Below, in pieces: positions 12,921 through 25,871 of a stretch of DNA of 64,000 nucleotides. The notes below the pieces were generated by a model. The model had not been told where the DNA came from and made no database searches. It saw only the letters and a list, made by a program, of their open reading frames with translations. Every line of letters begins with the position of its first letter. Within the stretch, counting starts at the first letter, position 1. Position numbers and translations under genes: made by a program. Source of the stretch: Minutocellus sp. GHC0000111 (lineage: Eukaryota); NCBI GenBank assembly GCA_977018835.1, contig OZ361256.1:5270001-5334000 (forward strand). The letters run 5' to 3'.

Positions 12921-13190
12921 CGTCACAAAATTTGCGGGTTGCGGTGAGAGGGTGTGTGTGCGGGGGACCAAAAAATATATGTGTTCCTGCCAGAATCTAC
13001 TGGACCTGCGAATTCAGTGGATACTACTGGTCGGTGGCAACCTACTGAATGAGCAGGTCCAGTAGATATCCACGAGTTGAGGAGTATTTGCGTTCCTCCC
13101 GAAGAGAACATCGACTAACAAACCACGTGGTGGGAAATGAGAAATGGGTGCAAGAATGACCTTTTTTAGGGGTTATTGGTATACCCTCTA

Positions 13191-13212
13191 CAAATCCTCT
13201 GAAACCGAAAGG
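13191..13212 (-). repeat. Right terminal inverted repeat of the DD39D element
   Basis: caaatcctctgaaaccgaaagg followed by TA. Confidence 0.85.
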
Positions 13213-13352
13213 TAGCGGTTTGCGCGACGAAGAGAGTTTCCGGGTCCCAACGTCATTTTTCTTCGCCTCTCGCTCCCGCTCGCCGCGTACTCGGACGCTC
13301 GGCTGTGACTGGTAGACGCGATGCGTATTCATAACGACCCCGCTCTTGAATC

Positions 13353-14556
13353 ATGGCGCCACTTCCTCCGCTGGTAGTCCTACTTTTGGTGGCTGTGGCA
13401 GCGCTGCTGCCATCATGCACATTTGGTCTCAACGTTTTGGTTGCTGGTGGGTCGGGCCGTGTTGGCGGGTCGACACTTCGTTGGTTGCAAAAGTATTCCT
13501 CTCGCGACCCAGCGCTGGATTTGACCGTCAGTGTTGGTTGCAGAACGAAGGAATCCTTCGATGCTGCCGTGCGGAATGGCGTAGTCCCTCGGTCCGGCGT
13601 CGACTTTGTCCCCATGGATTTGGACTGTGGAAATGACGAGCAGCTCATGAAGGCCATTGATGGCTGTGGCCTCGTGGTGAACACCGCGGGCCCCTTTCAG
13701 GGTCGTCGTGACCCGGCATTGCTTAGATGTTGCATTGCCAAGGGCATTCCCTACGTGGATGTATGCGACGAGTATGAGCTGGCGGTGGAATCGAAAAAGT
13801 TGATGGAGGATGCCAAAGCTGCTGGTGTGAGTGCGATTGTTTCCTGTGGTATCTGGCCAGGCGTCAGTGCATTGATGGCCGCCGAAGCCAAGGCGAAGCT
13901 AGAGGCACAAACAGGAGAAGCATGTGATACTTTGGATTTTTCCTTCTTTACCGCTGGGACTGGCAATGCAGGACCCACCATCGTGAGCGCAACGTTTCTT
14001 CTGCTGGCCACCCCGGCATTGACCTTCAATATGGGGAAACCACTCGAGAAGGAACCTTGGACCGAGAAGAGGGATGTTGATTTCGGTTCAGGGGTTGGTG
14101 TAAAGCCCGGTTGATTACCCAGACGCTCCAACGACAGCTTTGGCATTGGGTGTGCCAAATGCATCGTCTAGGTTTGGAACTGACCCGTTGCCGTGGAATT
14201 ATCTCTTTGGTGCGATGAAAGCCATCCCCAAGTCCTTGCTGTACAACCGCGATGCTATGCAAAATTTTGCCTTGTTCTCCGAACCTATTATTCGATTGGT
14301 GGACAAATTGGTTGGGGCGACGAATGCGATGCGTGTGGATGCCAAAACGGCAGATGGAAAACACACCTTAACTACACGAATCGTTCATCCTGATCTCGAA
14401 GATTGTGTGGGCCTAGCAACTGCAGCATTTGCACTTGAGGTCCTCAAGGGAGAAACGGTCCAGCCAGGAATATGGTACCCTTCTGAAATGTCACCTGAAG
14501 CCCGGGCGAATATATTGGAGGCCGCGAGAGAAAACACCATCAATTATTTGGTCTGA
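13353..14556 (+). CDS. Saccharopine dehydrogenase-like NAD(P)-binding oxidoreductase with signal peptide; frameshift near 14110
   Basis: Hydrophobic N-terminus, Rossmann VLVAGGSGRVG, VVNTAGPF, YVDVCD and GIWPGVS. Continues in another frame (DYPDAPTTALALGVPNASSRFGT...) to a stop at 14556. Confidence 0.85.
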
Positions 14557-14702
14557 TGGGAATTTAGCTGCTATGGGTACCTCTAGTCTAGGTATGGCAA
14601 AAGAGTGGCGAAAGTTAGCAGTATCTTTGCGATGCCGATAATCAAGGATGTAGATAAAATTTAGCTAGCTATTACATATCATCTTAAGAGTCGCTATAAT
14701 AA

Positions 14703-15731
14703 TCATTCATCCCACTGCCGCAAGGCTTCATATACAACGACCGAGGCGCATGTTGCAACATTCAAGGAATTTTTGACGCCGTGCGTGGGCAAACAAATGA
14801 GTTCGTCACATTCCTTCAGGACTTGAGCATCAACTCCACACAATTCATTGCCAAAAATAACGGCCACGCCACTTTCTCGGGGCATATCCACCTTCCATAT
14901 TGTTTTAGATTTTGATGTCGTTTCAATTCCCCACATCGCCAATCCTTCTTCTTTAAGCTTCTTCACTGCCTCGAGAGTTGAACCTGCCTGTTCAAATGGT
15001 ACAAAAGCTTCGGCGCCTAATGCTGTTTTTTCAATTGATGGATTCGGTGGCGATGGGGTTATTCCACAGAGTACAACTTTCGTTATTCTCGCCGCTTCGG
15101 CGAGGCGCAATATATTGCCAACATTGTGTGCCGATCGAATATTGTCCAACACGATGGTAAGAGGATATCGTGGCATTTGGTCTTTGTCCACCTCCGCCAA
15201 GCTTTTGTCGTGATTTCGCAACCATTCCTCTTGGTGCGACCGCAATTCTCTCGCTTTGAATGCTATTGAGTTGGCGATCACTGATGCTCGTTGGGGAAGC
15301 TCGGCCGTTGCAAATGCTCCCTTGGATTTTGGCAAGACAAATGAGTTGTACATACGGAGCGCTGATGACCCACGGAACTGTGGGTCGTCTGTCAAGGTAG
15401 ACGGATCAAAGCCCAAGTCCTCTAGGGCTTTGTCCAGTCTTTCTTGACGCGCCTCACTACCAATAGCAAATTCAGAATCGGCATCGGGTTGTGCGGTGGA
15501 TCTCGATCGATATTGAGGGATGGAGCTGCTCTCATGAGACCCATCGTTGTGTTGCTGCTCATCTGGTAATGCTGAAAGCAGGATGAGTGGTAAATCGCCA
15601 CAGTACGCCCGAGAAGGAGCATGAAGGCCTATGAACGCATCAACAGCGGTACCAAAGCCAAGATACACGATAATGAGTGAAAAAGCGAGCGCTAGTGTGC
15701 GCCGCCGAACGGTAACATGATGCTGCGTCAT
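14703..15731 (-). CDS. SpoU/TrmH-family (SPOUT) RNA 2'-O-methyltransferase, probably plastid-targeted
   Basis: VLDNIRSAHNVGNILR, IFGNELCGV and LPTHGVKNSLNVA motifs. The signal peptide ends in AVDAF. Confidence 0.9.
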   Translation of the reverse strand: MTQHHVTVRRRTLALAFSLIIVYLGFGTAVDAFIGLHAPSRAYCGDLPLILLSALPDEQQHNDGSHESSSIPQYRSRSTAQPDADSEFAIGSEARQERLDKALEDLGFDPSTLTDDPQFRGSSALRMYNSFVLPKSKGAFATAELPQRASVIANSIAFKARELRSHQEEWLRNHDKSLAEVDKDQMPRYPLTIVLDNIRSAHNVGNILRLAEAARITKVVLCGITPSPPNPSIEKTALGAEAFVPFEQAGSTLEAVKKLKEEGLAMWGIETTSKSKTIWKVDMPRESGVAVIFGNELCGVDAQVLKECDELICLPTHGVKNSLNVATCASVVVYEALRQWDE

Positions 15732-16029
15732 GGTGGGCACCAGATATTTGTGGTTTGTGAACAATGGCGATAAACTCCGGGTTTCTTTTGAGGCCGGAGC
15801 GGAGCGGAGCTCCGCGGAGCGGTGGCGGGCACATGTGGGGGCGGGGGGCAATCGCAAGCAAACAATGGAGCTAGCTAGCTAGTAGCTAGATCTAGCTACC
15901 GGTACGTAGGTCTTAGTTGTCGAATAGCACTTCTATCGCCACATGTTCTTTAATCAGTTATCCATGCCTTTTAATTGGAACAGAAGTTATTCCTACATCA
16001 ATTAAAAATACCGCCATAACTTCCTAGAT

Positions 16030-19000
16030 CTACATGTGCGTCAACTTAGTTTCGGTGATGCTTGTGACCGCATTCCTCCGAGAGGCGCTAATAGTGCTTC
16101 CGATAGAATCTCGTTCATTGTCCGGCCCAGCTTCGCTATTGTTGAGCATCAATCCGCTTGATCGAGATCCATTGGCCTTATTGAGCAGATGATAACCATC
16201 AGCGGTGTGGATAGATCTAGAAAGCGACGCCTCGGAACTCTTTTTCTTGTTGAACAAAATCCACCTAAATTACAACCAGTCCGCGATAAATTGTGCCTGG
16301 TCGCTGACGAGCATCTCGTCCCTTGTTTCGCAGTATCGCTGCATGTCTTCTACAAAGCCCACAAATTATTGAGTGTGAGTCATCATCTCTTGGAATTGGA
16401 GTTGGAAGATCATCTGGTCCTTCAGCGGTTGCAGGAACTTATCAGGAGAGAAGTCAAAGGTACCGGTGGTGTCATTGAAATCACCAAACAGCTTCCACGT
16501 GTCGGGGTGTTCCAATAGCGGCCCAGCGAAACTCTGCAAATGTTGTTTGATAATGCTCTTCATCGACTGAAGCGTCAAGCTTTCCTTGAGAGTGGGACCA
16601 ACTTTGAAGAAGGTGCTAAAAGATCGTAAGGCAGAGGACTCATCCGTCGCAAATTGCCTTAAACGTGCCTGGTAGAAGGCAAGCTGCGTCGATGGAGTGG
16701 CGGCTCTTCGAAGCATCTCTTCGATACCGTATTCGGCTGTGATCGAGAAGAGACCTGAAGATAGATTCAAGACACTGAGGCCCTCCTGCATTGCGGCAAG
16801 AACTCGGTCGTCATCTTCGACTGCCAATAGCTCGTCAAGGGAATTGACAACAACGCCGGCAATGAAGGGGACCGGGGAACTCACAAAATCGAGCATATCG
16901 ATTGGAAGAATGGGCATGAAAGCGTTAGCCCAAGTGTAGGGGTCGAGAAGTTCCAAAAGAGCAAAGCAAGCTGCGGTCACTTCCTCTGAACTTATGCCAA
17001 CAATCAAGATGCTGCGCTCCATGAGAAGGAGCTTGAGTAGCATAATAAGATCGGAAGTTCGAATGCGAAGCAGAAGACGAGACAGACCCCATTGACCCGA
17101 CATTTGAGGAAGTGGAAGAGGTAGCTCAATCTTTTTGAAACGCCCGATGGGCATATCTAGTTGGAAACTTTGATTCTTGGGAGCTCCTCTCCTATACCTT
17201 ACCATATCTTTCGGAAGCTTTATTCTAGCTTCTTGAGGTGAAAGACGTAGTTTCGTTTGTAGAGCCATTAAGATTGAGTGCCTGTTCTCCGAGAAGAATG
17301 AAAGTCGGCCTTGGCTGGATGATCTGGGGGTCCATACGACGACCCGCGTTTCGGACGGCCGATTGTAGAACTGCGGAGGTCGCTTCCTCTGCGGAAACCC
17401 TTGGAGAGGCTCGCAGGTCCTTGAAACGCAAGACGCGACAGCTGCTGGTTGACGGCGTTATCCTGCAAAGGGGTTGCATGGGGAGGGAGGTGATGAGTCG
17501 AGTGAAATAAATTTAAATTTGTAAGCACATCGTCCCGAACGCAAACAAATTAGTTCATAACTTACCTCTCTTTCGAGGTCAATAATCTGCTGCAAGGCGC
17601 AGAAGATCAAGCTCTGCTCTTCAGGCCTTGTTCCAATCATAATATAGCACTTCTGGACCAAACACGCGTCCCCGTAGGAGTCATTTTTCAGCATTTCTTG
17701 GTACGATTCGACTGCCAAGCGCCGAACCTCGTCTGAAACGGGGGGTCGTTCCACCGACTGGATCACTGTCTTTCGTTGTTGCCGATTCCTGTCGACAACG
17801 CCACTATCAAATCCATCCCAGTTGAAAAAATCTTGAGTTGAGGAACCCTGCAATTTAGTTTCTGCTTTGCCTTCTGGTGGGGTGGATCGATCGAGATTCA
17901 TCATTGAGCTCGAAAACGAGTCATCAGAGTCCCCTGATACTAATGTACTATTTCTCATGCCACTAACCCATTTGCCGAGAACATTCGACAATATCTGCTT
18001 TTGGCTGCCCCTTCTGTCCAGCGAAGATCGCAAGGCAGTAACATCACTGTGTCTCCTTCCATACCTACCGCTGCCAATCCTCAGAGGCTCGTCCATTTCG
18101 GCCTCGCTGAAACCCATGGAGTCATCGCTATGCCTCCTCAAGTATGCCGGCCTTTCTCCACGCTTCGATTGTGCTCGATGAGATGCCAGATTCGCACGAT
18201 ACATTTTCCAGGTTCTAGCAATGAGGGTAGCTGCCTTGTGTCTCAGCGCAATGAATCTTCGGAGACTGCGAACAATGACGCCGCAAGCTCTCCTCCTTTC
18301 CCTCCATTCACGAAGAATCCCGACAAACTCACCGGCATCGACATTGTTGGTAGAGAGCTCTTCCCAGATAGTGATGGCTATTCCATGGCTCAATTCGCCT
18401 GTCACAGCAGTGAACTGAATCATCGTCACAAAACAACGGCGGCAGCATAACAAGCAAAATTAGATGGGTGAGAAAAGGCTGATAATAAACACTTTGAAAA
18501 GAGCGAAAATATGGACATGACTTACTCCATGGAGCTGGTATTCGTCACTCTCTTTCCCAACTAAACCTATTCTCTGAGCTCCTTTCATGGCAGCTCTTGG
18601 CATGAGGCGGACCTTTATGCCGTTTGGAAAACAAAATGCTGAGAGGGCTTCGGGTTCAAGCGCATCCGCTTCCGAGCTCGAATTAGGAAACTTATCGATC
18701 ATGTCGACGGCCTGGATAGCAAATGGGTCAAGATATCGCAAACCCTCCGAAACAATATCACCTTCACACTCATCGCCGTAAAGATCTATAATGGTTTCAG
18801 GCTTTACAGATATCAAAGAAAACTGGTCAAAAGCCACCCCATCTCGTTTGGTCTGCTCGGCCTTGACCGCAAGGGCTAAATTCATCAGCTGCACCTTTAG
18901 AAACGAGTCCATAGTTTCCTCCTTCTTCGTTTCGTGACCATCTTCCAACGCTCCTTCCTGATCCAATTGCATGATGGCAGCGGCAATATTGAGCTTCCCA

Positions 19001-22000
19001 TCCGATCTCCGGCGAAAAGTTGACGAAGATCGAAGCGTCGACGACGAATTCATCAAACCCTCGTCTCCTCCTACCATCTTTACGGCTGCAGAGAGAGCGT
19101 CGAGAGATTTACGCTTCTTCGGTGCCTCCTGCAGTGCATCTTCGACGAATCTTGCTGTATCAAGTGCGCCGATAGAGCCGGAGCGTTTCTTCGGTTGTGG
19201 AAGTGCTAGAGTGTCACACATTGCCATAATTGCGGATAAGGAACGACCGGACTTTATGCGTTTCATCGAATCGCGACGAGGAGAAGATGACTTCAGTTCT
19301 TCTTCTCCCTCTTCTTCGAACATTTCTTCTAGAGCTTCGGGAATCATCGCTGATGTTTTGCGAAAATTGGAAGCGACAGATCTTCCTGCCACAGACCCCT
19401 CCATACTGCTTCGCTTTGATTGACGTTCGTTGGCAAGCTTGATGATAGTCTTTCTGACCACGGCCGCTCGATCTGCAGCAGACGTGGTTGGTTCGACTCG
19501 CTCATTCTGCCTATTTTGCATTAGCTCAAAGAGCTTTGCTTGATGCCGATTGCCTTGACCAAGTGAGTAGCTGACTCGATTATTCTTCCGAGGCACCATG
19601 CCGTTGGCAAGCCTTGGGCCATCATAGGTCGACGCACTTCCTGAAACATGCGACTGGTGAAAAGAATCGCGGCAGAAAGGAGCATTGGTGAGGTGAAGGA
19701 GCACAAAGTCAATGCAAAGGATGAGAATATGCATTTAGTGCCAAAGCAGAATAAAGGAACTTACTGCATAATCCTTTAGTTCTTGGTCATAATCAAAGCC
19801 AGAAGGATCTTCAGGATTGCGAGGGGGAGGTAGATAGGGAACGGCTATTCTTCTTTCTAGCAAAGCATCGCAGTCCAAGTCGGCGTACCACTTGTGCTGC
19901 AAGACAGCTCCGCCGCCCCCTATGGTCCTTCCCAGGCGTTTCGACGGCGTAGGGTTGAGTAGCTTTGGTAAGAGACCGGAGAGCTCGTCACTAATGTTGG
20001 GCGGAACCGTGTAATTCCCAGCAAGGATCTTTTGATACACTTCCATCGGATTATCGTCGGCGAAAGGTGCGTCGCCCGTCGTGAGTTCGATGAGAAGGAC
20101 TCCCAATGCCCAGTAATCGACCGCCCAATCGTGACCCTCATTCAAAATGATCTCTGGCGCAAGGTAATCGGGCGTACCGCACCAAGTCCATGTCTTTCCG
20201 TCCTTGACCTTCTTGGCGAGGCCGAAATCCACAATCTTGACGTACCCACGACGATCGAGCACCAAGTTCTCAGGCTTTAAATCGCGATAGGCAATCGTTC
20301 GAGAGTGCATGTGAAAAAAGGCAAAGACGACCGAGGCCGAGTAAAATTTTGCCCATGGCTCGGGAAATTTCTTCATTGAATACAACATATCACAAAGCTC
20401 TCCTCCAAGCAAACTCTCGAGAAGAAAATAGATGTTCTGAGAATCCTGAATGGCGGAGACAAAACGAACAATAAAGGGATGGCTGAGCTGACTCATGACG
20501 GCTTTCTCGTTGAGGATGTGATTTGTCAGTCCACTCTCTTCCACTAGTTCCTTGGATATGCACTTGAGCGCGTAGTAACCATCGGTTGCTTCCTTATCGA
20601 ACACAGTACCATTTGCCTTGACAAGCTTCACTGAACCAAATGCACCGACACCAAGAGTGCGTTTGATCTCAAAATTATTCAGATGCATTCTTTTTCGTGG
20701 ATAATGGAGAAATAAGATTTTGAGAAAATTGGTGTGAACGGAAGATGTTATTAAAACGTTTCACATTTAGGGAAGGCCAATCTGAACAAATGGTAATAAA
20801 GACATAAATCCAATGTAACAAGCCTGTAAACTCACTCCGGAAGAGATTTGGCCCAAGTTGCAGCAGTACCCTCTTCCGTTCCGTCTTCATCGTCACTTGC
20901 GTGATCTATAGAATCTCTCTTTCTGTAGGTACCATCCATCAAGTCTCGAAGGTCTCCGAGCATCTGTACAAAGTCATCTCGCAGGAGAATGAGGCACTTC
21001 ACATCCGTCTTGGCTACGCAAGTCGCACTGCGTTTATCATCTGATAATAGTGCTTTTTCTCCAAAGAAGGCGCCACTACTAAGAGTAACGACGGGAGCGT
21101 CACCCTTTGCCTTGATAAAGACATCGACGCCACCTGATTCAATCATGTAAAAGAAATTGCCTTCCTCCCCCTCGTTGATGATAACCTCCCCCTCCTTGAA
21201 GACATTTCCACGTGTCGCCGATGCCATGGCGGTGATTTCAGATTATGAAAGGACATCGCCCAGCTTTTTGTCATTGATTGCCACCTTCCTCAGGAAGGCG
21301 ATCTTAACTTGCATACGCTTGCGCTTGTACTGCCCAGTTATGCCGCGATAAGCTCTCCTATCGATGGACCATAACTTGCAATCACATCTCGCTCGAAGAG
21401 TAGCAGATCGAGGGCAACCATAAAGCAACGCAATTTCACCAAATGCCGTGCCGGCATAAAGGGCGCAAACATGCTTATCGCCTTCATATACATCGAGAAT
21501 ACCCTTCTCCATTACATAAAAATCGTTGCCCTCATCGCCTTGTTTGATAACAACCTTGCCAGCGTTTGCGCTGGATTGCTCAAAGACATCCACGAGGTCA
21601 ACAATCTCTTCGTCTGAACAAGTTTTGAAAAGAATGTTAGGCTGGATGGCCTTTCGGATCATTGCTCGGACTCCATCTGGCTTGGGTACAGTTTTCTTCT
21701 CATAAGTCATTTCACCTGATCTGACAAGTACAGCCTGGCGTCCAGCCTTCCTGCCCGATGCGGTAGTCGGAAAGCTGATTGTAGATCCCTCGAGAGACAT
21801 GTTACCAGCCGAAACTCCAGACGAATGGAACTTGACGGTGCCGGATTGAAGGCCAGAGTGGGACAAATTAGAACCTCGCCGAGCCATTGCAATGCCCGTG
21901 AGCGACCCTGTAGTCAAACCTGAAACAGTCGTATCCATTGAGCCATTTCGCATCATGGACCTCTGAGATCTCTGGCTCTGTAAACTACCTCTTCTCAATC

Positions 22001-25000
22001 TGATTAAACTGGAGCACTTTGCATCAGTGGGCATTGCATTAGAGGGGGCGCCAGATGAATTCGATGCGCCATCCTGGTGAGGTTTTCCTTTACTAGAATC
22101 CTCTGCAATATCAGCAAGATTCAAACTTCCATCCCCTCCTCTTCCCGGTATATGTAGATCACGCGGTGATGCATTTGATCCATCGAGTGACGATCCCGTC
22201 GATCCTCTCCTCCGTTGGCGACGAAGATCATTGACACTAGTCAGGACCATATCCATAGAGGATCGGCGTTGTTCCCGAGCAAAGATCGTTTCTTCTTTTT
22301 CGACCAAATCCTCTTCGCCTTCCTCTTTGACAATGTCTTCGAGATCGTAAACATTGAGGCTGCTCCGTCGACTCGATACGCCTTCAGCAGAATGGTTCCC
22401 ATCAGTTCCAGGTACATCATGTTCGACTGATGTCGCATTTACATTGCAATCCGAGCCATCTTTTATCAATATTGAGCGACCTGATGAGTCTCTCGTTATC
22501 AAGGATCTTCCCGATGACTCCTTTGTCTGCAAGGAATGCGCCAGTGACCGTTCGGATATCCCCACAGTATCAGTCAAAACGGATCGCATCGACGAACACT
22601 GCGACTCACCACATTCGTCAATGTCGCCAAGCTGCTTCGAGTATCTATCTCGAAGGGAAAGGCCTGTCGGAATAAGAAATGTGCCTGTTCCTACTTCGAT
22701 ATCCGTGGAAGAAACTTCGGGAGGATGCTGTGACTCTGGCACGGAGTTGTTTTGATCATCAACATCATCTGCTGGGCTTTTTTCAATGTTGGAGGCTTGA
22801 ACATCGGCAGGTTGATCGGCACCAAGATTATTCTCGTTCAAGTTGGAGGAATCCAGAGCCACAGGAGGAGAAGCAGTATCTAGCTGAGGGGGAGGATTGG
22901 CCTTGTCTATGTCACCATGTAAATCTGAAGCACGCACGGGTTTGTCATTTTTGGCTTGGTCATCTTGATCTTGACTGACTGGCGCCTGAGGTAGCTGTCT
23001 GTTATCGATGGCGGCGCCTCCTTTCTGGCCATCAAGCAGAGCAAGTGATGCTGGCTTCTGCAATTGTCCTGCAGTATTGTCAGCATCAATATGAGTCTCG
23101 TCCTTGCTCATAGATGGCATGGGAGGCTCATCCATTATTTGCATGAATGCCAGAGCCTCAATATCTCTAATGGCCTTGCTAACCTCCAGAGACTTGCGAG
23201 CGCTAGCCTTCTTACGTCGTCTCAGCTTCTCCTCAGTATCCTCCTCGGCGTTATCGTCGATGTAAGCCTCAAGATTTGTCCCAGACGAAGAATGTTCATC
23301 GTCGCTGGAAGCTGCCACGAGCTGATCCATGTTGACGAGGCATTCGGAACTTCCGACTCTATTCCTCCACTGAGAAAAGTAGAGCTTGCCCCCTGCCTCG
23401 GCATCCTCGTCACTGGCAGAAAGGTCGTCTTCTAAATCGATGAAACCAACGCTGTTGGTACCGACCGAAAATTTGTCCCATCCCACAATCATTTCCTGAC
23501 TTAGCGACCCTCGACTTCGTAGTCTGATTGGCTCAGAATCGTCTTCAATCATAATTTGTCTGGGCTCCAGTTCGACATCGACGCTACTGGTACCTGTGGC
23601 TTGCCCCTGGTCAACATCACCCCCACAGGGTAGCTCGTCATTCAGCCTCGCACTAATGTACACCATCCCCGAAGAAGACGAATACTTCAGATCTTCCCTA
23701 TCTTCCTCGGCTAGAAGCTCTTTCATGATTTGTGAGCCATTCTTCTGAGAGCCTGACCGACTCAGGGATCGACCTCGCATATCATCAATCTCAAACTCGT
23801 CATCTTCAAGAACTGCCGAAGCAGATCCCGCAACGACAGTGGCCGGAAGTGACCGTTTTGCCTCTAGTAGAGGATTGGTGGTGCCATCTGCACTTGACAA
23901 GGCGGGCGAAGCAGGTGCGGCATCATCATCGTCACCGTACATCTCTTGGTAGTACTGATCAAACTCAGCATTGGACAACAGCCCGAGGCTTCCGACCGAG
24001 CTCGTATCGGTGTCGCCGGTGCCTGGGGCACCCCACCCGCAGATCATTTCGCCAGGTTCCTTCTTCTTCTTTCTCCTCCGCCTGGCACTTGACCGTTGAG
24101 AGCGCCGGGAGGCACGACCGTGGGCGGAACGAACAGCAGCCCCCGATTTTCGCCTTCCTGATTCAGTCGATTGATTGAGAGTTCCCTCAACTTCGTGGCA
24201 TGGGGACGAATAGGACATTGACGATGCAGCTGCAGCTGCAGCATCATCCAGTATGTTGTGGTGTTGTGGCGACCTTTGGGAAGAAATCGTATTGGCCATG
24301 ACTGATGCACCAACCCCTGTGTCCAGCGACTCGCCATCGGCACATCGTTGGATACGGCGACTTGGTTCATCCCCGCTTGCCTCACCAGCAGCCTGTTGAA
24401 GACAACTGCTGGATGACTGTTCCACAGCATGCGCCACGGCATATTTATCATCATCTACCAGCTCAATCTCTTCACCCTTTTTCTTGGCCCACTCCACGGC
24501 ACTCTTCCCCGACAGCTTGTCTGGCTTTGCTCTCCTGTTCTTCCCCCTCCTCACCTCTCTCCCACGCCTCCCTCTCGGCGTTGCGCTCTTGTTCCATGAG
24601 TCTTGCCTGCTTGGCCCGGAGCATCGCCTCGTGGACTAGGTCATCGGCCGATCCTTCACCATCACTCGCCAGAGGATGACGATGATGACGACGAGCAGTA
24701 GCGGTAGTAGTACTGCCGCCGCCGCCGCCGCTCGAAGTCCCACCAGCACTTCTCCGATGAGCCCGAAGCCGACCTGCCGACCCGGTCAGGCCAATGGCAG
24801 CCGACGTTGTCGTCGGTTCCATCCCCAGCTGGTTCTTCGTCTCGTCGTAATCCGACAGGGCAACGTCGTCCATGGAGGCGGACAACTTCTTGCTGTAACT
24901 GCTGGTGCTGTTGTTGCCTCCGTCCTCCTCCTCCGAGTACGAGCCATTGTGGTGGAATTCCACCGAACCACCCGTATACCGTCGTTCGGAGGCCTTGGAA

Positions 25001-25170
25001 CCATCCTGCCGTCGCCTCTGCCGACGTCGGCCGGACGAGCGTCTGTCGCTACCACTACCGCTGCCGCTGCCTCGCTGCTGTTTGTGCTCGTGATTGCCAA
25101 TAATGTCTGGCGCGTCAGTGCCGTAATGACCTGCCGTACCACTCATGGTGGTTGGTGTAGATGGGCTCAT
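16030..25170 (-). CDS. Giant PKG-like kinase (two cNMP-binding domains plus AGC kinase) fused to IQ motifs and a DENN domain; contains lesions
   Basis: cNMP cassettes FGEIALLYGCPRSAT and FGEKALLSDDKRSAT; kinase GVGAFGSV, YRDLKPEN, DFG and CGTPDYLAPE; DENN motifs AFCFPNG, LLMERSILIV and DFVSSPVPFIAG. Phase-compatible introns 20690-20835, 19654-19764 and 18415-18525, plus ~17463-17565. In-frame TAA at 21243, 16366 and ~16270; frame changes near 24550 and 17300. Confidence 0.8.
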
Positions 25171-25871
25171 TTTTGAACTGGTATATGGAGACGACACAGC
25201 ACCTTTGCCTGGCAAGGGATTGCGTGCTCGTGGTTAGGGGATCGGGAACGATTTCGGCGTCGTGCTCGTTGCTTCCGTTTCCGGTACTGGCCGACGACAG
25301 GGACGGCGACGCTGATGACGAAGAGTCGAGGCGTCGACGTCGACGGAGGGAGGGACCGGTTCTTCCTCCCGCCGCAGCTGCTGATTTGGATGTCGAATGT
25401 CGTCGACGAAAACAGTCAAATGGATTTTTGTTGTTCCTACCGGCAATAATAGTATTGTCCTGCTTCCCGGGTTCGCTCGGAGAATTGCATTCAACTTACT
25501 CGAATGAAGGTGTCTTTTTGTGTAGGCCGAAGCAAGCCGCTAAGCATGCTAATAATGCCTGGGAAAAAGTGGCACAAGATGTGCTGTGTGGTCAAGATAC
25601 GAAAAGGAAGGAATGAGGCACTCAACTCTAGCTAGGAAAGCCAGGAATGTGCCTTGCTAACCCTGGTCCTCGCTGCTTATGCTTCCGTCAATGTGCTCTC
25701 GGCTTGCGGCCGCATTCAAGAGGCGAGTTTTTGCTTTGCTGCCCGAATTTTCAGAAATCGGGAGTTGTTGTGGGATGACCCTGGGGGAAATTCACTTTCG
25801 ACTTGACGTAAAATGACTCGACGCCTCTTTTTCTGCTCAAAAGTCACAGAAAGCGAAAGTCACAGAAAGCG

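Larger units (their letters stand above)
9749..13212 (-). mobile_element. Tc1/mariner superfamily DNA transposon (DD39D type), ~3.46 kb, with TA target-site duplication
   Basis: Left end TA|cctttcgagttcagaggatttg (9747-9770) and right end caaatcctctgaaaccgaaagg|TA (13191-13214) are inverted repeats with 22/24 matches, and they enclose a transposase. Confidence 0.9.
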
